Source of the DNA: an uncultured bacterium
Lineage (GTDB): Bacteria > Babelota > Babeliae > Babelales > Babelaceae
Direction of reading: 5' to 3'
DNA: 64,000 nucleotides
NCBI GenBank assembly: GCA_963713855.1
Contig: OY970209.1
Location: 160,001-224,000, forward strand
This document shows, piece after piece, positions 17,746 through 28,621 of the stretch. Made by a program: the position numbers and the translations under genes. The first letter of the stretch is position 1; each line of letters starts with the position of its first letter. The notes beneath the pieces were generated by a model. That model had not been told where the DNA came from and did no database searches. It saw only the letters and a program-made list of their open reading frames with translations.

Positions 17746-19640
17746 CAACAAGCAAGAAAAGCAAGAAGGTTGAGCCGCGCGCAAAGGCAAAACAAGCTGC
17801 TCCTGGAAAAGAGGAAGAGCCCCAACTTGCTGATGAACTTATCGAAGGTCTTCTTGAGAAGGGCAAAAAATCGGGCATATTGACCTATGAGGAGGTCATT
17901 GCCTTTGGTGAGCGTCATCACATTCCTGAAGCTGGGCTTAATGATGTCTTTAAAATAATCGACCGAGAAAATATTGAACTTGTAATGCAAGCTGAGCTTG
18001 ATAACGATGCTGAAGCAGTCCCCTTTGAAGCTGAAGAAGTTGAACAGCGAGCACCGCTACGTACCCATATAGTTGAGAATCTCGAGTTTGTTGAAGAAGA
18101 AGCTGAAGAGCCTGAGAGTGAGGATGAAGAACGGGAGACTGTTCGCGAAACTGGCGATTTTGGCTACATTGCAGACAGTGTAAAGGGGTATTTGAGGGAT
18201 ATCGGTAAGATACCACTTCTTAACAAAAAGACGGAAACTGTTATAGCTGAGCAAATAGCAACATGTAAGCGCAAGTCAATTGAGGCGATCTCAAAATTTC
18301 CTTTTCTCCATAAAGAGCTTTTACAAATTGGTGAAAAGGTGTCTAAAGATACCATGCCGCTCAAAGATGTCATTCAATTTTCTGAGTATGATGAAGAAAA
18401 TCTCCCCAAATATGAGGAAGAAAAAAAGGCATTTCTTGATACGATTGAGAACGTTAAGATGCTCATACAAAATGAGCAAAGTATTTATGAAAGCTATAGG
18501 GGAAAGCTTGATACACCTTCAAAAAAGCAAGAGATGCTTAGTAAAGTCCGCAAAAACCGTGAACTTATTAGCACAACTATTCAGAGTATTAAGCTTTCGA
18601 ATAAGATTGTGCGCAAATTTTCAAAACGGATAGAGCGCATCATCTTTAAGATTGAGGAACGTAACACTTTCATCAAAGCTCACGAAAATGCACAGCTTTC
18701 AACGAAAAACACCAAAGAAGAAGCTGAAGAGCTTGAACGTCAAATACGGGGCGCTCAAAAAGGAATCAGGAAGCTTGAGCAGGAAGCTGGCCTTCTACTT
18801 GATAAGATTCGATTTTACCATGAACAGCTTATTGAATGTCAAATTAAAGATAAAAGGGCAAAAGACGATCTTGCTCGCGCTAACCTGCGTTTGGTCGTAA
18901 ACATTGCAAAAAAGTATGTAAACAGGGGACTCCACTTCCTTGATCTTATTCAGGAAGGAAACATAGGCCTTTTAAAAGCCGTAGAAAAGTTTGAGTTTGA
19001 ACGAGGATACAAGTTTTCAACCTACGCGACCTGGTGGATAAGACAGGCTATTACACGAGCTATCGCGGACCAGTCACGCACCATTCGTGTACCTGTTCAC
19101 ATGGTCGAAACGCTCAATAAAATTAACAAAATTAAGCGCACCTTTATTCAGGAACATGGAAGAGAGCCGACTTACGCAGAGCTTGCAAAAGAGCTTAATA
19201 TCGATGAGAAAAAAATAAAAAATATCATCAAAATATCTAAAGAGCCAATCTCTCTTGAAACACCTGTTGGTGATAGCGAAGACGCATTTATTAAAGACTT
19301 TATAGAAAATGAAAATGAGCTATCGCCAGCTGAAGCAGTGGTAAGCAATGACTTAAAGGAGCGCGTACGAAAAGTCCTTAAAACACTTACCCCACGGGAA
19401 GAGAAGGTGCTTAAAATGCGCTTTGGTATAGACGTCGCTTCAGAGCATACTCTTGAAGAGGTTGGTAAAGACTTTGGCGTTACAAGAGAGCGGGTTCGCC
19501 AAATTGAAGTAAAAGCGCTCAGAAAATTGCGCCATCCTTCGCGCTCTAAGGAACTTCTGCCCTTTCTTGAAAAAGAACTTGAGCTTCTTGAGGGAGCTGA
19601 AGAGCAGATAGACGATATAGAGGAAGAGGATGAGGAATAA
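17742..19640 (+). CDS. rpoD: RNA polymerase primary sigma factor RpoD
   Basis: [38 protein letters not shown] and [17 protein letters not shown] motifs. ATG 17742 overlaps the dnaG stop (ATGA) and follows an AAGGGG RBS. Confidence 0.99.
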   Translation: MTTSKKSKKVEPRAKAKQAAPGKEEEPQLADELIEGLLEKGKKSGILTYEEVIAFGERHHIPEAGLNDVFKIIDRENIELVMQAELDNDAEAVPFEAEEVEQRAPLRTHIVENLEFVEEEAEEPESEDEERETVRETGDFGYIADSVKGYLRDIGKIPLLNKKTETVIAEQIATCKRKSIEAISKFPFLHKELLQIGEKVSKDTMPLKDVIQFSEYDEENLPKYEEEKKAFLDTIENVKMLIQNEQSIYESYRGKLDTPSKKQEMLSKVRKNRELISTTIQSIKLSNKIVRKFSKRIERIIFKIEERNTFIKAHENAQLSTKNTKEEAEELERQIRGAQKGIRKLEQEAGLLLDKIRFYHEQLIECQIKDKRAKDDLARANLRLVVNIAKKYVNRGLHFLDLIQEGNIGLLKAVEKFEFERGYKFSTYATWWIRQAITRAIADQSRTIRVPVHMVETLNKINKIKRTFIQEHGREPTYAELAKELNIDEKKIKNIIKISKEPISLETPVGDSEDAFIKDFIENENELSPAEAVVSNDLKERVRKVLKTLTPREEKVLKMRFGIDVASEHTLEEVGKDFGVTRERVRQIEVKALRKLRHPSRSKELLPFLEKELELLEGAEEQIDDIEEEDEE

Positions 19641-19661
19641 AATTGATTGCTTTTTAGTTTT

Positions 19662-19697
19662 TATAGAGAAAAAAGTCAAAATACCTTTTTCTCTATA
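19662..19697 (+). terminator. Stem-loop downstream of rpoD
   Basis: TATAGAGAAAAA / TTTTTCTCTATA inverted repeat followed by T-rich sequence. Confidence 0.5.
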
Positions 19698-19784
19698 GAT
19701 AACTTTTTGCTTTTTTAAAACAGTTGATTACATTAAGAAAACGGTTTTGAGGAATTTTTATAACAAGGAAACTAGAAAAGATTT

Positions 19785-21098
19785 ATGAGTAGTTACACTA
19801 GTCCCAATTTAATGACAGACGTCATAGTTTTTGCCGCTTCACTTTCTTTTTGCGGATTAACTGCATTCTTAGAAACAACGGTGACTACGCTCCGTCTTTT
19901 TCAACTCAAAGAGCTCGCCCAAACAACGGGTAGATATCGCGCTCTGCTTGATTCCTTAGAAAAAAATCACAGCCGTGTTTTAACAACAATTTTAATTGCA
20001 AAAAACTTAGCGGATGTCACAGCAGCCACATTTGGCGCGGGACTTATGAGCCAACTTTTAGCGCCACTTCCTGAACACGTAGCGCTCTGGCTTGGTATCG
20101 CAATCGTTACGATACTTATCCTCATATTTGGAGAAATTATACCTAAGATCATTGCAAAAGCTTACGGAGAGCGCTTTTTTTCTTCAACGCTTGGTATTAC
20201 CAACGTTATTTACTATGTTCTTTACCCGCTTGTTAATTTTCTTGTTCCTTTAGCTGATTGGATAGTCAATAAGCTTCTTGGAAGCAAAAAGCATGAAACG
20301 AGCGAGTATGTAACATCTGAAAAAGAAGTCCGTTTTTTAATCGATTACATAACCAAAAAAGGGCTTATGGAAGGTGAAAAAACGGTTATGATCAAGAGCA
20401 TTTTTGAGCTTGGAACAACACCAGTTCGTGAGATCATGGTACCGGCAACTTCCATAGTATCGATTGATGTCAATACAAATATGCAGGAGGCTCTTGATAT
20501 TTTTAGCAGGTATCAATTTTCACGACTACCAACTTATGTTGATACAGTGGACAATGTGATAGGCATGCTTCACCTTAAAGACCTATGCTCGCTTATTGCA
20601 AAAGGAGAAGACAAGCCCATACGCGAAATTATACGTCCGATCCTCTTCATTCCTGAAACGAGTAAGGTAAATCAGCTTCTTAAAGAATTTAAGCATCAAC
20701 ACATGCATATAGCGATGGTAATCAATGAATATGGCAGCATCATAGGACTTGTTTCGTTGGAGGACGTGCTTGAAGAAATTGTCGGAGAAATTAGGGATGA
20801 ATATGAGCTGGTACCTCAAAAAGTACTCAACCTAAAGCCCGATAGCTGGCTTGTTGATGCTAGCGTTGAGCTTGATGATCTGACTCCACTCCTTGATATA
20901 TCTTTTGAAACTGAAAACTCTCAAACCCTTGCTGGATTTTTAAATGAGCAGTTTCAGCACATTCCAAGAAAAGGTGAACGCCTTGTCTATAAAGACTACT
21001 GCTTTCAAATACAACAAGCGGGTGTCAAAAGAGTTCTACAGGTTCTCATTTTTAAAGAACCACTCGTTGTTGAAGATACGAGCATCGCAGCACAATAA
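19785..21098 (+). CDS. Hemolysin/CNNM-family CBS-domain membrane protein (TlyC/CorC-like)
   Basis: N-terminal TM helices with GEIIPK, a CBS pair (FSRLP, NEYG..GLVSLEDVLEEIVGEIRDE) and a CorC C-terminal domain. Confidence 0.92.
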   Translation: MSSYTSPNLMTDVIVFAASLSFCGLTAFLETTVTTLRLFQLKELAQTTGRYRALLDSLEKNHSRVLTTILIAKNLADVTAATFGAGLMSQLLAPLPEHVALWLGIAIVTILILIFGEIIPKIIAKAYGERFFSSTLGITNVIYYVLYPLVNFLVPLADWIVNKLLGSKKHETSEYVTSEKEVRFLIDYITKKGLMEGEKTVMIKSIFELGTTPVREIMVPATSIVSIDVNTNMQEALDIFSRYQFSRLPTYVDTVDNVIGMLHLKDLCSLIAKGEDKPIREIIRPILFIPETSKVNQLLKEFKHQHMHIAMVINEYGSIIGLVSLEDVLEEIVGEIRDEYELVPQKVLNLKPDSWLVDASVELDDLTPLLDISFETENSQTLAGFLNEQFQHIPRKGERLVYKDYCFQIQQAGVKRVLQVLIFKEPLVVEDTSIAAQ

Positions 21099-21171
21099 CG
21101 ATCAAATAGAGGGTAGTCAGCTTTCTATTTAGATGCTAAAGTAATAGCAGATTCTACTTTCAGTACTTTAT

Positions 21172-22590
21172 ATGAATTTGCAAAGTCTCTGTATGGCCCT
21201 TTTTACCTCTATGCACGTTAATAGCCCGATTGAACATGTACCAAAGGTGACCGTTATTGGTGCAGGGCTAGCCGGCCTTACCGCTGCTTATTACTTACAT
21301 AAAGCAGGCATCGAGGTCGAGGTATATGAAGCAAGAAAAAGAGTAGGCGGACGCATACATAGCGTCTACCTTGATGGCAATACTGTCGAGCTCGGGGGAC
21401 AAAATATCACTGACGGCGGCAAGAATCGGCATTTTATTAACCTCATGGATGAGCTTGGACTCGAAAGCGTATCCTCTTTGCAAGCTTTAAATGGCCACTG
21501 TATCAATAACAAAACATGTATCTCCATAAAAGAGCTGATTCAAAAACGCGGATGGAAAGCGGAAAGCCTTAAAAAACGATTGTTTAATACTGCTCAAAAA
21601 GCTCATACCATGCAGGACGTCATCGATGATATGTTCGATGCGGATGATCCCTTGTATACAGTTTCACGTGTAAGATTGGCAGCATACGAGGGAGGGCTAC
21701 CCGAGAATCTTTCGACAGTTTATACAGATACGCTCTATCACGTATTACTGGGAAGCATCAGCGCGGTACACAATGATACTAACTATATAGAGCATTCAAA
21801 CATTAAAGGCGGCAATAGTCTTTTACCTGCAAGGCTTTCGCGTGCACTAGGAACGCGAGTTCATCTTGGTATGCCTCTTAAAGTCGTACAGAAAGATGCA
21901 AATGGGACATACAAGCTCACTTTTGAAAATGGTTTTGAGACCTCTGCCCACATACTGGTTCTTGCTATCCCTTGTTCAGTTTACGAGAGCATCGACTTTC
22001 AAGAAACAGTGTTTCCTAAAGAAAAACTTGCTTCCATTAAACAGATACGCTACGGGCAGAACGCAAAAATTATTGTTCCTTTAACTGACGCGGCTAAAGA
22101 AAGAAGATACTTTCTTACCGATTACATGATCAGCTTTTTAAATAAAGATAACAACATTTTAACTCTTTACTATGTTGGAAACTCATCGCACTTTTCAGCA
22201 ACCAGTGTCAAAGCTCTTTATCAAAAGAGTATCGAGGACCTAAAAGTCGCTTTTCCTGTAAAAATGTTTCCTACACTTACTCCTGTTTTAGCTACGGATG
22301 AAGCTTTTGGATGTTATAAAGGACCTGTTGGATATAGCTGGCCGAATGATACCTATGCTCGTGGCTCATATGCGTATATTTCGCCAGGACAGGAATCTTT
22401 ATTAAAAGCAGTGCATGAAGAAGAGGGGTATCCGGTAAAAACCCTTTTTGGATCAATCGATCAAACACTCTACTTTGCTGGAGAGCATACATCAAACTTA
22501 TTCGACGTACCCGGAACTATGGAAGCAGCCTGCCAGTCGGGTAAAAGTGTTGCCGACATTATAGGTAAAAGACTTTCAATCAAAATCTAA
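21172..22590 (+). CDS. Flavin-containing amine oxidoreductase
   Basis: VIGAGLAGL..A, EARKRVGGR, ELGGQ, GSYAY and FAGEHT...GTMEAA.SG motifs. Confidence 0.9.
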   Translation: MNLQSLCMALFTSMHVNSPIEHVPKVTVIGAGLAGLTAAYYLHKAGIEVEVYEARKRVGGRIHSVYLDGNTVELGGQNITDGGKNRHFINLMDELGLESVSSLQALNGHCINNKTCISIKELIQKRGWKAESLKKRLFNTAQKAHTMQDVIDDMFDADDPLYTVSRVRLAAYEGGLPENLSTVYTDTLYHVLLGSISAVHNDTNYIEHSNIKGGNSLLPARLSRALGTRVHLGMPLKVVQKDANGTYKLTFENGFETSAHILVLAIPCSVYESIDFQETVFPKEKLASIKQIRYGQNAKIIVPLTDAAKERRYFLTDYMISFLNKDNNILTLYYVGNSSHFSATSVKALYQKSIEDLKVAFPVKMFPTLTPVLATDEAFGCYKGPVGYSWPNDTYARGSYAYISPGQESLLKAVHEEEGYPVKTLFGSIDQTLYFAGEHTSNLFDVPGTMEAACQSGKSVADIIGKRLSIKI

Positions 22591-22628
22591 ATTTTCTGAA
22601 CAAGTTAAGCTCATACCATGTATGGATC

Positions 22629-23330
22629 TTAATTGCTTTCTTGATGATCAAGATGGTTACCCGTTTTTGGCTTCGGGCAATCAGTGGTGCAGCAAGAATA
22701 CCCGATAGCAGTAATTCCAGCGGTCATACGCGCCTTACTTTTACAGCACACTCCATTATGCATTGACGGATATTCTTCTGGGCAGCACTGTTTTGAACTG
22801 CTATTATAGGCGGCAGGGCAACAGGTTTTTGTTATTGGATTATAGCTTTCAGGAGCACAGCAAAAACCCTTTCCACTTTCATTACTAGGGTTGTAGTAAT
22901 TTTGGCAAACTGGCGTTGTTTCCCCCATAAGGCCTTTGACCATGAACTTATTCGGACAACATTGTCGAGTATCAGGGTTATACTTTTCGATGGCACAGCA
23001 TACGTGGCTTACTGGTGAATATATCTGAGAATATCCAGGACAACAGACTCCAGGGTTTTGTTGCTCTTTTAACCATTGTTCCGGGGTGAACCTTAGGTCG
23101 GGCACTCCGGATCGATTCTTCACACGTGTTTTTACCGTTTCGAAATCTTCAGGTCTAGCGTAATAGCCGTTGGGACATCTTGGGATTATTACCAAGCCGC
23201 CACGAAGCACGTCTAGGGTAGGGTCGGTGGGTATATCTGCGCACGTATTTACCCATGCCTGTTGCACACCACTTATACAGCTAAAAACAGATAAAAATAC
23301 AAAGAAACTTAATGTCCATATCCGGTTCAT
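22629..23330 (-). CDS. Exported cysteine-rich protein with CC/YNP (galaxin-like) repeats
   Basis: Signal peptide; eight CC dipeptides; repeated YNPxxxxCC units. Confidence 0.75.
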   Translation of the reverse strand: MNRIWTLSFFVFLSVFSCISGVQQAWVNTCADIPTDPTLDVLRGGLVIIPRCPNGYYARPEDFETVKTRVKNRSGVPDLRFTPEQWLKEQQNPGVCCPGYSQIYSPVSHVCCAIEKYNPDTRQCCPNKFMVKGLMGETTPVCQNYYNPSNESGKGFCCAPESYNPITKTCCPAAYNSSSKQCCPEEYPSMHNGVCCKSKARMTAGITAIGYSCCTTDCPKPKTGNHLDHQESN

Positions 23331-23505
23331 TGTTTCTCCTTCAGAGTGTTCATTAAGAAATTTAATTTTAATTATATAACTTTAGATTAATTTTTTGCAA
23401 TATTTTCATTTATGCAATTACAATATGTTTTGAAATTGAAAAATTTACATCGACGAAATCTATTTCTTGGGGCAATCTATTAGATATTTAATGAGCGAGG
23501 GCCGC

Positions 23506-23745
23506 ATGTACAGAATTTTGATAGTAATAAGTGCTTTTTTGATAAGCTTCTGCGGACATGGAAAACGGGCAGAATTCACTGAGCTAATCAAGTACCTGCA
23601 GCATTCAAAAATTATCTACAGGAAGGATTGGAGCGAAGAAGAATTGCAAAAAGTCCATGATCATGCTCTTTCATATATTCAAGGTCTCGCACCAGAAGCC
23701 GCATGCGCTTTAGAGAGCGATGAGTTTACTATCCATCAGATGTGA
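23506..23745 (+). CDS. Small exported hypothetical protein (possibly truncated)
   Basis: ORF 23467-23745. ATG 23506 follows GAGG and starts a signal-like sequence MYRILIVISAFLISFCGHG. Confidence 0.5.
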   Translation: MYRILIVISAFLISFCGHGKRAEFTELIKYLQHSKIIYRKDWSEEELQKVHDHALSYIQGLAPEAACALESDEFTIHQM

Positions 23746-23750
23746 GAGAT

Positions 23751-24182
23751 TTAAAAACCATGCAAGCGAGTTATAAATGCATGTGCAACATCAAGCAGTT
23801 TAACGCCGTTTTCGTACGTCAATAACTGTCTAGCAGCTTCATAGGGTAGCCATTTAAAGTCGGCATGCTCTTCGGATAATACTACTTCTTTGGTGTGAGC
23901 TTGAGCGGCAAAGAAGGTTACTTGCTTACTGACAAGTTCGCCCTCGCGTCCCTTAAAACGATAGAAAAGTCTTTGCTCAAAACCGGGATCAAGTTGCACC
24001 GAAATACCTGTTTCCTCATGAATCTCACGGCAGGCAGCCTGCTCATTGGTCTCAGCGGCTTCTAATTTCCCTTTAGGAAAATCCCAGCGGCCGTTACCGT
24101 AATATAAAATAAGATATTCAATTGTCAGCTCAGCTTCATTTTTATAGTAGACGACTGCGCCTGCCGAAAATTCTTTTCTCAT
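23751..24182 (-). CDS. NUDIX hydrolase, Ap4A hydrolase-like
   Basis: SAGAVV, WDFPKGKLE...AACREIHEETGI and LSEEH..FKW motifs. Confidence 0.9.
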   Translation of the reverse strand: MRKEFSAGAVVYYKNEAELTIEYLILYYGNGRWDFPKGKLEAAETNEQAACREIHEETGISVQLDPGFEQRLFYRFKGREGELVSKQVTFFAAQAHTKEVVLSEEHADFKWLPYEAARQLLTYENGVKLLDVAHAFITRLHGF

Positions 24183-24322
24183 ATCTTACCCTTGCTTATG
24201 CACGTACTTTTGGTAGGTGCTATGAGCTTTACTCTACGAAAATATTAAAAGCATATCTTCATAACATACACCTTCAAGCTTACTATAGCAACTTTAGGCT
24301 ACAGAAACTGCTCGAGAAGTGC

Positions 24323-25006
24323 TCAAAGAGAAGACTCCTTCCTCAATTTTGCATTTTCCAAAACAAAATTAATATTCATAGCTCCAGCTACATAGGGGTC
24401 ATGGCATGTCACTATTAACCCTCGCCCTTTCTGCTTGCTTGAACGAAGCAAAAGATTAACTATAGTTTCTTTATTAACCGCATCAAGGTGCGCTGTCGGC
24501 TCATCGGCTAGTAAAAATTGCGGATTAGTGAATAGCGCACGAGCTATAGCAACTCTTTGTTGTTCGCCACCAGATAGCACAGCGACTGAAGAAGTTGCTC
24601 TATCCTCGAGCCCGACCTCCTTGAGTAAAGCATAGCCTTGCTCTTTTGCACTATGCGATGACTGGCCGGCAATTAAGCCTTTAATAATCACGTTTTCTAA
24701 AACTGTTAATTCTTTTAAAAGGTGCGGCTTTTGAAAAACTATACCAATGGTTTCATGAAAAAACGAACGGGGAAAACGACCAGCAAGCAAGGCAGTCTTA
24801 AGACCGCCTATCGTAATGCTGCCCTTTGTCGGCTCTTCAAGACCTGCTAAAACCGAAAGAAAGGTAGATTTACCGCTTCCAGAAATACCTTTAAGGGCAT
24901 ACGTTTGACCCTGCTCAAAGATAACGGATATATCGCTCAGGATGGTAAAGATCCCCCCAGGAGAGGTAACCATTTTTGTAACATTTTCACAGAGTAATTG
25001 AGTCAT
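24323..25006 (-). CDS. ABC transporter ATP-binding protein, LolD-like
   Basis: GISGSGKST, LSGGEQQRVAIARAL and LADEPT motifs. Confidence 0.9.
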   Translation of the reverse strand: MTQLLCENVTKMVTSPGGIFTILSDISVIFEQGQTYALKGISGSGKSTFLSVLAGLEEPTKGSITIGGLKTALLAGRFPRSFFHETIGIVFQKPHLLKELTVLENVIIKGLIAGQSSHSAKEQGYALLKEVGLEDRATSSVAVLSGGEQQRVAIARALFTNPQFLLADEPTAHLDAVNKETIVNLLLRSSKQKGRGLIVTCHDPYVAGAMNINFVLENAKLRKESSL

Positions 25007-25670
25007 TCAAAGGTGCTCTTGAAGGTTGTGAAGGTAAAGCAATAAAAGCACGTATCTGATCTAAAATACGAGTTCGCTCATTGATATCTGTTTCAAACTC
25101 AGCATCAGTAGAAAGTGTGAGCACAGGAACAGTTTTGAGTACTGGTAAAATGTCATGGCGGGCAAGTAAAAAGTCGTCATGGCGCCTATGTATTTGTTCT
25201 AAATAAGACTTAGGAACGCTAGATTCGGCCGCTCTGCTTCTTTTTTTAACGCGCTCAAAAGCTCGCTCGGGGCTCACTCTTAGATAAATAAATCCTTGGG
25301 GGGCCTTGGTGAGTCGAGGTATGAGGAAGTTAAACCAGTTCGAACACATATTCCATTCAAGTGGGGACATAAACCCATTTTCATAACTGTTACGTGCAAA
25401 ACAATAGTAGCCAGAGTAGACTGAACGCTCGGAAATTACGCAACTTTTGTAGCCTTCTTGGTCTCGAATACGAGATAACATGGTAAATGTCTCCATGGTA
25501 TACGCCCACCGCGGCGGATTCTGATAAAAATGCCCAAGCAAGGAATTTCCCTCTATAGGACGTTGCCAATCCTGAGGTTCTTGCGCTACCATAAGATGCG
25601 CTATTTCTTGGCCGATAAGCTTTATAAGAGTGGATTTACCTGCACCCATATTTCCTTCAAGCAAGTACAT
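24987..25670 (-). CDS. Deoxynucleoside kinase
   Basis: EGNMGAGKST, ERSVYS..F and R.R.AE..V...YL motifs. Confidence 0.93.
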   Translation of the reverse strand: MYLLEGNMGAGKSTLIKLIGQEIAHLMVAQEPQDWQRPIEGNSLLGHFYQNPPRWAYTMETFTMLSRIRDQEGYKSCVISERSVYSGYYCFARNSYENGFMSPLEWNMCSNWFNFLIPRLTKAPQGFIYLRVSPERAFERVKKRSRAAESSVPKSYLEQIHRRHDDFLLARHDILPVLKTVPVLTLSTDAEFETDINERTRILDQIRAFIALPSQPSRAPLNDSITL

Positions 25671-25827
25671 ATCTTAGCTTTCTTTTAAATAAGGAAAACA
25701 ACCATGACTCAATTATAAGTATAAAACAATATTGACTTTTTAATAGCAAGGCTCAAAGTATCTATTGCCAAAAATGCTGAACTATGGTTCTATTTTAGGA
25801 AAGAAAGACGTGAAAAAAGGAGCAAGC

Positions 25828-26541
25828 ATGACACATAAGTATCTTTCAGTCGTACCGTACCTTATATTCTCTTTAACCCTGTCGCTCTCTATACGAGCTA
25901 ATGAAGGTGAAGTTACCGTTACGATACCTGCAAATGGCAGCAAGGCGCCTTCATTTAAAGCCCATTCAACCGAGGGCATGATTACGTTTCCACAAGATTA
26001 CGCTGGAAAATGGGTCATTTTTTTTAGCCATCCAGGCGATTTTACCCCTGTATGCGAGAGGGAAGTGATGAAAGTCGCAGCCGCTGTGTCAAAACTTAAG
26101 CGTTTTAATATAGACTTTCTCGGCTTATCGACCGACTCAACCTACGTACATCACCTGTGGAAAGAAAGCCTTGAAAAAAAGATGGGCGGCAAATATAGAA
26201 AAATCGAGTTTCCTATCATTGCGGACACCAATCGTACTATTTCAAAAAAATATGGCATGATTCACTCACCAATAAGCACCGACGAAACCGTTAGAGCCGT
26301 ATTCATTATAGACCCAGAAGGAATTGTTCGAACTTCATTGTTCTACCCAGTAACCAATGGACGTAGCTTTGTTGAAATTAGAAGAATTGTGCAAGCTCTT
26401 CAAGAAACGGATAGGAAAAAAGTTATTACTCCTCCAGAATGGCAACCAGGCGAATACGCGATAAAACCGCCTATTCCTGAAGCTATTGAAGCCAAGAAAG
26501 AAAACGCGAGCAAGGCATTCATTGTAGCAGCTGGAAAATGA
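25828..26541 (+). CDS. Peroxiredoxin (1-Cys/Prx6-like) with N-terminal signal peptide
   Basis: FSHPGDFTPVC, VRAVFIIDP and YP.TNGR...EI.R...ALQ motifs. ATG 25828 follows an AGGAG RBS. Confidence 0.9.
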   Translation: MTHKYLSVVPYLIFSLTLSLSIRANEGEVTVTIPANGSKAPSFKAHSTEGMITFPQDYAGKWVIFFSHPGDFTPVCEREVMKVAAAVSKLKRFNIDFLGLSTDSTYVHHLWKESLEKKMGGKYRKIEFPIIADTNRTISKKYGMIHSPISTDETVRAVFIIDPEGIVRTSLFYPVTNGRSFVEIRRIVQALQETDRKKVITPPEWQPGEYAIKPPIPEAIEAKKENASKAFIVAAGK

Positions 26542-27041
26542 TTTCCTATATTCCATTGCTCATATTACTAGCTAGCGGGTTTTTATTTGGCGTAGGGCTC
26601 TTTGTCATCAAAAAATCTGATTCTCATAAGTCCGTAAAAAGACGCTGGATCATTATTTTAGTAACCTGTTTTGCTATTGCTGGTATTCTTAGCGTGCTGA
26701 ATTTAAAACAAAAAGAACGGATTGTAATTCAGCTACTGGTCACTAGTTTATTTCTTGGTGCAACGCTTTGGAACAGCTTTATTACATGGAACTCCCTGCG
26801 CAGACACCATGAACGCCTTTTAAAGCTTTCTGCCGGCATAATAAGTATCGGGCTTATTGTCATTTGCTGCTTTTTTTTAAAAGATATACAGGAAGTCGTA
26901 CCTTTATTAAAGTATTCATGGCAAGGACAAACTTGGAATTCTCTGGGGCTCAGAGTTGGTGCCCCTTTACTACCAGCAGCTATCTTAGGCTTAGCTCTTG
27001 AGAAAATAAAGCAAAAAGCCTTAAAACGCAGAAAACAATGA
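26538..27041 (+). CDS. Hypothetical membrane protein
   Basis: About five hydrophobic segments; start overlaps the peroxiredoxin stop. Confidence 0.7.
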   Translation: MISYIPLLILLASGFLFGVGLFVIKKSDSHKSVKRRWIIILVTCFAIAGILSVLNLKQKERIVIQLLVTSLFLGATLWNSFITWNSLRRHHERLLKLSAGIISIGLIVICCFFLKDIQEVVPLLKYSWQGQTWNSLGLRVGAPLLPAAILGLALEKIKQKALKRRKQ

Positions 27042-27067
27042 AAAGCGGGGGTATTTTCCCCCGCTTT
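27041..27067. terminator. Bidirectional intrinsic terminator between convergent genes
   Basis: AAAGCGGGGG / CCCCCGCTTT 10-bp inverted repeat between convergent stops. Confidence 0.8.
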
Positions 27068-27850
27068 CTATACAAAATCAAGTCTTCTTTTAATGCGCTT
27101 TATTGCGTTGTACCCAAATCCCAAAATACAAATCAGAACTGCCAATGCCGTTACCCAAAAAGGTAAATAGCCTGATGGGCCAAGCACAGTCGCTCGCGTT
27201 CCTTCCATGACATAGGTCATGGGATTTATAAGCCCGACATAACCGAGCGCAGGAAAAACGCTATAAAGAGCTTTCCATGAAAATTGAAAACCTCCTAAAA
27301 ACCACATGGGAAATATAAAGCGCATCCAGACGTTGCCCATTTTCTCTATTGATTCCGCCCTACTTGCTATCCACAAGGTAAATACGCCGTAAAAAACGCT
27401 AACGAGAACCATGAAAAATAGAAAATGGGGCCATGAAACTGCTGTAAGGTCAAACTGATTCCAGAGTACAAGCTTACCCATTGGTATGACGCAAAGGCTC
27501 AGTGTTAGAGCGTTGAGGGCGTAATAGGTTATCGTTTTAATCAACACCAGCCACGAAGGCAAGGGAAGTGTCAAGTGATAAGAAATTATCCGATCACCAG
27601 AAAAATCTTGCACTAAACTCATCGCACTTGGATAGACTTCAAATAAACCAGCGCTTGCTATAAGTCCTGCAAGCTGGAAGGGCCCGAAATTAGTTAGTCC
27701 GAAGGCTGGCATAATATACCCCATAACAACAAGCGTAATGCCCACCCAGATAAAAAGGTTAACCAATTTATCTTTAAGTGATTCGTAAAAAATAATGAGA
27801 TCGGCAGCAAGAAGTTGCTTAAAAATGTAAGCATGCAACGAAAATGACAT
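27068..27850 (-). CDS. ABC-2 type exporter permease
   Basis: About six TM helices; FPMWFLGG and INPMTYVMEGTR motifs. Confidence 0.88.
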   Translation of the reverse strand: MSFSLHAYIFKQLLAADLIIFYESLKDKLVNLFIWVGITLVVMGYIMPAFGLTNFGPFQLAGLIASAGLFEVYPSAMSLVQDFSGDRIISYHLTLPLPSWLVLIKTITYYALNALTLSLCVIPMGKLVLWNQFDLTAVSWPHFLFFMVLVSVFYGVFTLWIASRAESIEKMGNVWMRFIFPMWFLGGFQFSWKALYSVFPALGYVGLINPMTYVMEGTRATVLGPSGYLPFWVTALAVLICILGFGYNAIKRIKRRLDFV

Positions 27851-27862
27851 AAAAATTCCTTT

Positions 27863-28621
27863 TTAACAAACAACCTGGTTTTCATTCATCAATGCAACAA
27901 AAACGTCCTCGAGATTGGCTTTATTAAAATCTGACAAAAGCTTATCGGGTCTTTCAACAAGCCTTACCTTACCAGCATCCAAAATGCATACTCTGTCCGA
28001 AAGCTCTTCAGCTTCGTCAAGGTAGTGCGTCGTAAGGATCACCGTAATTCCATCATTTTTAAGCTCCCTAATAAGCTGCCACAGTTGACGTCGAATATGT
28101 GGGTCGAGGCCCACTGTAGGCTCATCAAGCAAGACAATTTTAGGACCATGCATAAGGCTTCGAGCAATCATAAATCGTTGCTTATATCCTCCAGAAAGAA
28201 CAAAGGCCTTTTGATGCAGGTAACTGGTCAGCTCAAATTGCTTTGCAAGTACTGAAAGCCTTTCATTAATTTTACTCTCGCTCATTCCGTAAAAGCGACC
28301 GGCAAAGCGCAAGTTGTTATCGAGAGTAAGACTCGGATGTAAGTTTGGACGTTGCGGACAAAAGCCCAACCGTAAGCGATAAGAATCAAGATCTTCATAG
28401 ATAGAAACACCATTCATCAAAATATCGCCACTAGTCGGGGGGTGCAAGGTAGCAATAATTGATGAAAGCGTCGTTTTACCAGCGCCGTTAACTCCAAGTA
28501 AACCAAAAATTTCGCCACTTTTTATGTCGAGTGAAACACCTTTTAAAGCCTCTGTTTCAAGCTTTTTCTTGTTATAATAGTTTTTTTTAATATTTTTAAT
28601 CGTTAATAAGATGTCGGACAT
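27863..28621 (-). CDS. ABC exporter ATP-binding protein (DrrA/NodI-like)
   Basis: GVNGAGKTT, LSGGYKQR, LDEPTVGLDP and TTHYLDEAEELSDRV motifs. Confidence 0.95.
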   Translation of the reverse strand: MSDILLTIKNIKKNYYNKKKLETEALKGVSLDIKSGEIFGLLGVNGAGKTTLSSIIATLHPPTSGDILMNGVSIYEDLDSYRLRLGFCPQRPNLHPSLTLDNNLRFAGRFYGMSESKINERLSVLAKQFELTSYLHQKAFVLSGGYKQRFMIARSLMHGPKIVLLDEPTVGLDPHIRRQLWQLIRELKNDGITVILTTHYLDEAEELSDRVCILDAGKVRLVERPDKLLSDFNKANLEDVFVALMNENQVVC

